DNA of 64,000 nucleotides. Origin: a virus. Position numbers and translations under genes: made by a program. The notes under the pieces were generated by a model. It did not search any database. It worked only from the letters and a program-made list of their open reading frames with translations, and was not told where the DNA came from. The stretch is from positions 1-64,000 of IMG/VR virus record IMGVR_UViG_3300017710_002137, one strand, 5' to 3'. This document shows positions 57,449-64,000 of the stretch, one piece after another (position 1 is the stretch's first letter; every line of letters begins with the position of its first letter).

Positions 57449-58452
57449 ATGTATTAATAACAGGAATAACAGGAATGGTTGGTTCTCATTTGGTAGATTA
57501 CCTAATTGAGAATACTGATTGGGATATCTATGGATTTATTAGATGGAACGATAGATTAGATAACTTAGAACACCACTTTGATAGAATTAACAAGAAAGAT
57601 AGATTGTTTTTAATCAATGGAGATTTAAATGATTTACCATCAGTAATTCAAGCAGTAGAACAATCTGAAGCAAATTATGTATTTCATTTAGCTGCTCAAT
57701 CTTATCCAAAAACATCTTTCAGAGCTCCACTTGAAACTTTACAAACAAATATTATAGGTACTGCAAATTTATTAGAAGCTTTAAGAGATTATGGAGAAGA
57801 TGATGTTGTAGTTCATGTTTGTGCTTCATCTGAAATATTTGGTAGAGTATCAAAAGATAAACTACCAATTGATGAAGAATGTTCTATTCACCCAGCTTCA
57901 CCTTACGCGATATCAAAAGTTGGTACAGATTTACTTGGTAGATATTATGCAGAAGCATTTGGAATGGTAATAATGACAACAAGAATGTTCACTCATACAG
58001 GACCAAGGAGAGGGGATGTGTTTTCTGAATCCACATTCGCAAAACAGATTGCAATGATTGAGGCAGGATTACAAGAACCAACAATCTATGTAGGAAACCT
58101 ACAATCACTTAGAACTTATGCTGATGTTAGAGATGCTGTAAAGGCGTATTATATGTTAGTAACTAAAAATCCAATCGGAGGTGAGTATTATAACATCGGT
58201 GGTGAATATACTTGTGAGATTGGTGAGATGTTAGATTATTTAATATCACAATCAACAGTTAAAGATATTAAAGTAGAAGTTGATGAAGATAGGTTAAGAC
58301 CAATCGATGCAGATTTACAAGTACCAGATACTACAAAGTTTAGAGAACATACAGGTTGGAAACCAGAATACACTTTTAAACAAACCATGAATGACCTTTT
58401 AGATTATTGGAGAAATGAAATAAAAAAAGGTAGAAAATTTTTGAATAGATAA
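57445..58452 (+). CDS. gmd: GDP-mannose 4,6-dehydratase-like
   Basis: ITGITGMVGSHL, HLAAQS, SSEIFG, SPYAISK, FTHTGPRR, GNL and LRP motifs. Confidence 0.82.
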   Translation: MNVLITGITGMVGSHLVDYLIENTDWDIYGFIRWNDRLDNLEHHFDRINKKDRLFLINGDLNDLPSVIQAVEQSEANYVFHLAAQSYPKTSFRAPLETLQTNIIGTANLLEALRDYGEDDVVVHVCASSEIFGRVSKDKLPIDEECSIHPASPYAISKVGTDLLGRYYAEAFGMVIMTTRMFTHTGPRRGDVFSESTFAKQIAMIEAGLQEPTIYVGNLQSLRTYADVRDAVKAYYMLVTKNPIGGEYYNIGGEYTCEIGEMLDYLISQSTVKDIKVEVDEDRLRPIDADLQVPDTTKFREHTGWKPEYTFKQTMNDLLDYWRNEIKKGRKFLNR

Positions 58453-59639
58453 TGAGAAAATTAATTTACATAAGAAAAGATGAAGATTTTTTTGATAGAC
58501 TTCTCGATTTTAAGTTTACTTATGATGTAGATTACACAACTCTCGTATCAATAAATAAACTAAATAAAAAAGATAAATATGTTTACATAAAATACTTTCG
58601 AGGACATCCCTTCTTAGAAGCTAAACGATTTAAATCAGAACATGATTTATTGTTGTGGGAAAAAATGAAAGAATTTGATATAAAACTAATTTATATATCT
58701 GATAACGAATCGGGTAGTACAGATTCCATAACATGGTTTGAATCCTGGTTAACCGATAAAGGAGTAGAACTTTCTAAAGTAATTTTAATTAACAACAATA
58801 GATGGATTGATAAAATTCCTTCTAATGAAAATAAAATTCAAATAACTTCTTTTGAAAGAATTGTTTGGGAGGGTGTAAAGTGTTTAGTTAATAATAATGA
58901 CCCAAACTTCGATAATGATTCTAAGAAAAAAATATTTCAATGCTATAACCGAGCGGTTAATTCGTATAGAACTTGTGTAATTTGTGATTTAATAAAAAAT
59001 GATTTAATAGATGAAGTAGATTGGTCTCATCTAAGAAGGCCTGATTGGTTAGATGCAGTACCAGGAGATGTGGGTCTTACTAAATACCAAATTATAACAG
59101 GTAATACATTTAAAAGTATAGAGGATACTTATAATAATTTGGTAGATACTTGTCCTAAAAAAAGTGAGTTTGAATCACATTATGAGTTTGAAGATGAGAA
59201 TGGAGCTATTGATTATAATATTTACTACAATGAAAATCCATATAAATTTTCATACATAAACATAGTAAACGAATCAAAATTTGATGAGTATGATAACTAT
59301 CATATGCACGTTACAGAAAAAACACTTTTACCATTTTATTATTTTCAATTTCCATTATTTTTTGCAAATTGGAATCATGTAAAATTTGTAGAAGATAATT
59401 ATGGATTGGATATGTTTAGAGATTTTATAAACCATGATTATGATTCAGAAAAAGATTTTCAAAAAAGATATAAAATGTTATTTATTGAAATAAACAGATT
59501 ATATAAAATGAAAAATGAAATTAGTAAGTTTTATGTAAAAAACAGAGAAAGATTTGAAAACAATCATGAAAAGATTAGAGAACTTGTAAAATTGAAAAAT
59601 AATGATGTTGAAAAGGTAAGAGGTATATTTGAACTATGA
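58452..59639 (+). CDS. Putative GT-B glycosyltransferase, GT10-like 'TEK' family, copy 3
   Basis: SYINIVNES, HVTEKTLLPF and INHDYD motifs. Confidence 0.55.
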   Translation: MRKLIYIRKDEDFFDRLLDFKFTYDVDYTTLVSINKLNKKDKYVYIKYFRGHPFLEAKRFKSEHDLLLWEKMKEFDIKLIYISDNESGSTDSITWFESWLTDKGVELSKVILINNNRWIDKIPSNENKIQITSFERIVWEGVKCLVNNNDPNFDNDSKKKIFQCYNRAVNSYRTCVICDLIKNDLIDEVDWSHLRRPDWLDAVPGDVGLTKYQIITGNTFKSIEDTYNNLVDTCPKKSEFESHYEFEDENGAIDYNIYYNENPYKFSYINIVNESKFDEYDNYHMHVTEKTLLPFYYFQFPLFFANWNHVKFVEDNYGLDMFRDFINHDYDSEKDFQKRYKMLFIEINRLYKMKNEISKFYVKNRERFENNHEKIRELVKLKNNDVEKVRGIFEL

Positions 59640-60415
59640 TAAATAAAAAACAAGAGTGGAATCAAAGTAAATCTAAATGGGGTTTTGGTAGAACCAAAAT
59701 TGATAACTTTTTAGATGAAGAAACTGCACACGAATTATATAAAGAGTGTATGGATGCACCAAAGGGTGGGTGGACTGTATTTACTCGTGCTGGTTCAAGA
59801 ATGGAAGAGTTCAATGATTTGATTTCACTTCCAACCGCACATAGGGTAACTTATGATATTATGCATAGTGGTGAGTTCTTATATGAATTAGAACAAATGA
59901 CAGGAATTGTTGGATTATTACCAGACCCACATTTGGTTGGAGCAGGATACTCAATAATTAGAAATAGTAAAGATTTGGGTTGTCATTATGATTTCAATTG
60001 GAATGATAGAATCAGATTACATAGAAAACTAACTTCACTTTTATATATCACACCAGATTGGGAAGATGAATGGGGAGGACATATTCAGTATTGGGATGAT
60101 AACATTGATATCAATCCAAAATCACCTCTAATAGAATCAATTCCACCAAAATTTAATCGATTAGTAATTAATGAAAATGTTAAACATGGTCCGTATCACA
60201 GAGTTAGTGAAGTAAAATCACCTGAAGATAAACCAAGATGTGCAATAAGATTCTTTTACTATATTTCTAAATCAGAATATGATAAGGATAATCCACCACA
60301 TCGAAGTACATATAAATCTAATGAATACTCACATCACAAATTACATGAAGAAGAAAATTGGGATGGTCACTTTGTTGGACAGGGTGGAGAAGATTATGGA
60401 TATAAACCAAAATAA
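59636..60415 (+). CDS. 2OG-Fe(II) oxygenase
   Basis: LLPDPHLVGAG, HYDFN, W...WGG, P.FNRLVI, YH and R motifs. Confidence 0.88.
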   Translation: MINKKQEWNQSKSKWGFGRTKIDNFLDEETAHELYKECMDAPKGGWTVFTRAGSRMEEFNDLISLPTAHRVTYDIMHSGEFLYELEQMTGIVGLLPDPHLVGAGYSIIRNSKDLGCHYDFNWNDRIRLHRKLTSLLYITPDWEDEWGGHIQYWDDNIDINPKSPLIESIPPKFNRLVINENVKHGPYHRVSEVKSPEDKPRCAIRFFYYISKSEYDKDNPPHRSTYKSNEYSHHKLHEEENWDGHFVGQGGEDYGYKPK

Positions 60416-61057
60416 ATGAAAGAATATAAAATAAATGACCCATGGGATTGGGTAACTCATTTTGAAAACGAGGTTGCAGAATATACAGGTTACAGATATG
60501 GTATTGCATGTGATTCAAATTCTAACGCAATAAGATTGTGTTTACACTACTTAAACATTACAGATACAGATATTGAAATACCAGCAAATACTTATGTATC
60601 AGTTCCAAATCAAATTATTTTGAGTGGTAACAGACCTCAATTTAGAGATATAAAATGGAAAGGATTGTATCCACTTGGAGACACAGGTATTATTGATGCG
60701 GCAACTGCATTTTATGAAAGTATGGGAAGAGGATATGAAGATAAATTTATGATTCTATCATTTCATCTTAAAAAAATACTAAACATAGGACAGGGTGGGA
60801 TGATTCTTACAAACAGACCTGACTTCAACGAATGGGCAAGACCGATGATTTATGATGGTAGACATAAAGATAGAGTGTATAAAGAAGATGAGTTTGAATG
60901 TGTGGGTTGGCATATGTATATGAGTCCAGAATCAGCATATAAGGGTTTGGAGATATTCAATTCGGATAGAATAAAAAATTATAATGAACCATGTGGTTCA
61001 TCAGAACTTTATGGAGATTTAAGAAAACAGAATATTTATAAAAAATATGTTATATGA
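60416..61057 (+). CDS. Short DegT/DnrJ/EryC1/StrS-family PLP aminotransferase
   Basis: FE..VAEY, IPANTYVSV, DAA and SFHLKK..IGQGGMILT motifs; only 213 aa. Confidence 0.8.
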   Translation: MKEYKINDPWDWVTHFENEVAEYTGYRYGIACDSNSNAIRLCLHYLNITDTDIEIPANTYVSVPNQIILSGNRPQFRDIKWKGLYPLGDTGIIDAATAFYESMGRGYEDKFMILSFHLKKILNIGQGGMILTNRPDFNEWARPMIYDGRHKDRVYKEDEFECVGWHMYMSPESAYKGLEIFNSDRIKNYNEPCGSSELYGDLRKQNIYKKYVI

Positions 61058-61455
61058 GAAAATACCTACCTACACTTGGTGAATTAATTGATAGATTAAC
61101 AATAGTTCAATTAAAAGAAGTCAAAATACCAAAACACAAAGAAGAATACCAAAAAGAGATTGAAGAAATCGTACACGATATTACAGAAATATTAACAACT
61201 GTAAAACAACTGAAAGTAGATGGAGATTTTATCAGAGCAGTAATTGTACTATCTCAAATGAATACTCATATTTGGTACAATGAAGATAATGCTAGAAATG
61301 GTGAAGATGTGGGAAATAACTTATTGTTAACACATGGATTGAATGGAATCAGAAATACTGCCAAAAATAAGATACAAGAATTAGATGGTGGTAGAAAAGA
61401 TTATAAAGTAGATTGTATAGCATCAGATTTTAAAGATTGGGAAATTAGTTGGTAA
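61054..61455 (+). CDS. Hypothetical helical protein (DUF6165-like)
   Basis: GELIDRLTI.QLK, IW..ED..R and N..R...KNKI pattern. Confidence 0.55.
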   Translation: MRKYLPTLGELIDRLTIVQLKEVKIPKHKEEYQKEIEEIVHDITEILTTVKQLKVDGDFIRAVIVLSQMNTHIWYNEDNARNGEDVGNNLLLTHGLNGIRNTAKNKIQELDGGRKDYKVDCIASDFKDWEISW

Positions 61456-62204
61456 TGAAAGTATTAGTTATAGGAGAAAGTTGTGATGATGTTTTTATTT
61501 ATGGTGATGTTTTAAGATTATCACCAGAAGCACCCGTCCCTGTCATAAAACCTTTAAGAGAAGTTTACTCAAAGGGAATGGCGGAAAATGAAGAATTAAA
61601 TTTAAAATCTCTCGATGTAGATACACAACTAATATGTAATTCAGAAGAAATTGTAAAAATAAGGTACGTTGATAACTCTTATAATTACATTTTATTACGA
61701 ATAGATGAAAATGATGAAGTTTCTAATCTTAATTTAGCAGAATTACCAAATCTTGATGACTTTGATTTAGTTGTATTTGCAGATTATAATAAAGGATTTT
61801 TATCAAAAGAGGATATAGAAGAAATTTCATCAAAATGTAATTGTCCAACTTTCTTAGATACAAAAAAGAAACTTGGTAATTGGTGTAAACATATTTCTTT
61901 TATAAAAATAAACTATCATGAATATTTGAGAAGTAAAGATAAGATTGATAATAATGATTGGCTGAAAGGTAAAACAATTATTACAAGAGGACCGAATGGT
62001 TGTGATTTTAATGGAAAAAACTATCCAACAAAAGAAGTTAGTGTAAAGGATGTAGCTGGTGCCGGCGATAGTTTTTTGGCAGGTTTAATATTTAAATATA
62101 TACATACATATAATATTGAAGAATCAATTGAATTTGCTAACAAGTGTTCAACACAAGTTGTTCAGAAACGAGGGGTTTCGATAATTAACAAAAATGAATT
62201 ATAA
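61455..62204 (+). CDS. PfkB-family sugar kinase, RfaE/HldE domain I-like
   Basis: RLSPEAPVPV, DYNKG and DVAGAGDSF motifs. Confidence 0.88.
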   Translation: MKVLVIGESCDDVFIYGDVLRLSPEAPVPVIKPLREVYSKGMAENEELNLKSLDVDTQLICNSEEIVKIRYVDNSYNYILLRIDENDEVSNLNLAELPNLDDFDLVVFADYNKGFLSKEDIEEISSKCNCPTFLDTKKKLGNWCKHISFIKINYHEYLRSKDKIDNNDWLKGKTIITRGPNGCDFNGKNYPTKEVSVKDVAGAGDSFLAGLIFKYIHTYNIEESIEFANKCSTQVVQKRGVSIINKNEL

Positions 62205-62801
62205 ATGGCATCAATTAATAGAAGTATTTACTATAAGGAAAGAGCATGGAACGATATTCACATATATAGTTCAAAGGTTTTAACAGGTGGAGTTAAGATT
62301 ATCCAACCCGCTGTTTATCACGAACTTAGGGGAGAGATTTCTACATTATATCATTCTGATTATTATGATAGAATGTTACCTGTTAAAGAAAGAGAAAAGG
62401 GAGTTCAATGGAAACACGATAGATATTCAAAATCTCAAGAGGGTGTATTAAGAGGAATGCACTATGATGATAAAACTTGGAAACTTATCAGTTGTATTCA
62501 TGGAAAAATGTATTTGGTAGTTTTGGATGTTAGGGGTGGTAACAAAGTAACTAATCCACAATATGGAAGTTGGGAAACTTATATAATATCACCACAGACA
62601 CAGACACAAGTTTTAATTCCACCTGGATTCGCGAATGGCCATTATGTGATGGAAGATAATTCTGTTTTTTATTATAAGTTAGCATATCCTGGTGAATATA
62701 ATGATGTAGAGAATCAAGGAACTGTTTTTTGGAATGACCCGAAGTTCAATATAGATTGGCCTTGTACACAACCACTACTATCAAAAAGAGATACACCATG
62801 A
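62205..62801 (+). CDS. rmlC: dTDP-4-dehydrorhamnose 3,5-epimerase
   Basis: RG, VLRGMH, LDVR, IPPGFANGH and WNDP..IDWP motifs. Confidence 0.88.
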   Translation: MASINRSIYYKERAWNDIHIYSSKVLTGGVKIIQPAVYHELRGEISTLYHSDYYDRMLPVKEREKGVQWKHDRYSKSQEGVLRGMHYDDKTWKLISCIHGKMYLVVLDVRGGNKVTNPQYGSWETYIISPQTQTQVLIPPGFANGHYVMEDNSVFYYKLAYPGEYNDVENQGTVFWNDPKFNIDWPCTQPLLSKRDTP

Positions 62802-63967
62802 AATTAAAGGTATTAGATAATATACTATCAAATTTTTTACCTGAACAATATTTTTTTAGAGAAAATAATTTAGAAAAAAGAAACTCAATTACTTCTGTAA
62901 TATTTGAACAACTTAATTTTGAATTAGAATTTGTAAAAGAAAATGAAGTTTCTGATTTCAATGATATTTTTTACCCAATAGTAAATTTAAATAATCTAAA
63001 TACAAATAACCAAGATGTATTTTCAGATGATTTAAAAAAATATATCAAAAAGGGCTTAAAGGTTATAATATTTCATTTAAACGAATGTTTTCGTGAAGAT
63101 GATATTTTTTCTTTTAATCAATATTGCTTAAACAATTATATTGATACGAGTAAAATTTATTTATATGTAAACAACAAAAGAATAGAAAATTATTTGAGTG
63201 ATATGAAAAGTAATATTAATTTTTATTTTCCATTTTACCAATCTATTGAACATTCTAAAATTTTACAAAAAAACAAAGTTGAATACTCAGATAAAGATAA
63301 ACCATTTTTGTTTATGTGTCATAATAATAAAATGTGGAATCATAGATTATCAACTATTGTTTTATTAAAAGAAAATAATTTATTGGAGAAGGTAGATTAT
63401 TCTTGCATAGATTTTAGTGTAAGTGATGATAGTGATTCATTTATTAAGGCTCTAAAATCGGATTCAAAAACTTTTATAGATTCTTATGATTCAATAATAA
63501 AAGAAGGTTCAAAGTTAAGTTTTTATGAAAAAGACAAATTTGAAAAAAATGAAATAGATTCTGGTATTATAGATGTTAATACTTTTAAAAATAGTTATGT
63601 AAATATTGTAACAGAAACAGATTTTACTGAAAATGTTATTCACATAACTGAAAAATCTCTAAAACCATTTTACTATTATCAAATACCTTTAATTGTAGCT
63701 CCATACAATCATTTAAAGGCCTTAAGAGAAATTTATGATTTTGATTTCTTTGATGATTTGATTGACCATTCATATGATTATGAAAAGAATCCAGTTAAAA
63801 GAATCAAACTAATATTTAATGAGATAAACAAAATAAAAAATAATCCAGATGTAATCAAAGATTTTTACAACTGGCACAAAGATAGATTTATAAACAATAA
63901 CAAAATAGTTTGTGAAATTGTAAACAAAACAGATGATACAGATTATACAAAAAATATTTTTATATGA
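62798..63967 (+). CDS. Putative GT-B glycosyltransferase, GT10-like 'TEK' family, copy 4
   Basis: NHR, SYVNIVTET, HITEKSLKPF and IDHSYD motifs; ATG 62798 (ATGA overlap) is the likely start. Confidence 0.55.
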   Translation: MKLKVLDNILSNFLPEQYFFRENNLEKRNSITSVIFEQLNFELEFVKENEVSDFNDIFYPIVNLNNLNTNNQDVFSDDLKKYIKKGLKVIIFHLNECFREDDIFSFNQYCLNNYIDTSKIYLYVNNKRIENYLSDMKSNINFYFPFYQSIEHSKILQKNKVEYSDKDKPFLFMCHNNKMWNHRLSTIVLLKENNLLEKVDYSCIDFSVSDDSDSFIKALKSDSKTFIDSYDSIIKEGSKLSFYEKDKFEKNEIDSGIIDVNTFKNSYVNIVTETDFTENVIHITEKSLKPFYYYQIPLIVAPYNHLKALREIYDFDFFDDLIDHSYDYEKNPVKRIKLIFNEINKIKNNPDVIKDFYNWHKDRFINNNKIVCEIVNKTDDTDYTKNIFI

Positions 63968-64000
63968 AAATTAAAAATTTAGATTATCATGAAGATAGGT
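63964..64000 (+). CDS. Start of next gene, truncated by the window edge
   Basis: ATGA overlap; MKIKNLDYHEDR is open to the edge. Confidence 0.5.
   Translation, partial: MKIKNLDYHEDR

Noticed and set aside
53-62961. Numerous short minus-strand and alternate-frame ORFs in the ORF track
   Set aside because: They lie inside well-supported plus-strand genes and show no motifs; only the RHH gene at 33164..33334 is accepted.
1-64000. Stop-codon reassignment as in some Bacteroidetes phages
   Set aside because: Long ORFs are intact in the standard code, and TAA, TAG (e.g. 3346, 5539, 51016) and TGA all end genes at sensible boundaries.
40630-64000. Host LPS/capsule locus or chimeric contig
   Set aside because: No wzx/wzy/ABC export or initiating transferase is seen, and gene packing, orientation and the ATATTTATA motif continue from the phage genes. 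It cannot be fully excluded without reads.

Overview
This is an AT-rich, densely coding 64-kb segment of a large tailed dsDNA phage with a contractile-tail (T4-like gp25/gp6) baseplate. All credible genes lie on the + strand except one small ribbon-helix-helix (RHH) gene, and the standard genetic code is used. Three promoters match the Bacteroidetes TTTG-N20-TAnnTTTG consensus, which points to a Bacteroidetes/Flavobacteria-type host (inference). From left to right the window holds: peptide deformylase, a lysozyme-like protein, a gp55-like sigma factor and a carbamoyltransferase; a baseplate/tail block (about 5.6-24.8 kb) preceded repeatedly by an ATATTTATA motif; a small modification cluster (sulfotransferase, SGNH, two 2OG-Fe(II) oxygenases, GT25); primase and a fused Mre11-Rad50; a 2401-aa Ser/Thr-rich fibre protein; and a glycan synthesis/modification island of more than 23 kb running off the right end. 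The fibre protein carries an intein-like Hint domain placed just before a chaperone-like C-terminal domain. The island contains three GT7 galactosyltransferases that each have a LamG-like domain inserted inside the catalytic fold, four GT10-like '(T/S)EK' paralogs, two radical SAM enzymes and nucleotide-sugar enzymes. The main candidate new system is a phage-encoded virion glycosylation pathway acting on (S/T)-G-S-rich structural proteins, together with a Hint-processed fibre and an RHH operator shared by two distant loci. All functional calls come from motif recognition by eye; no database searches were run.
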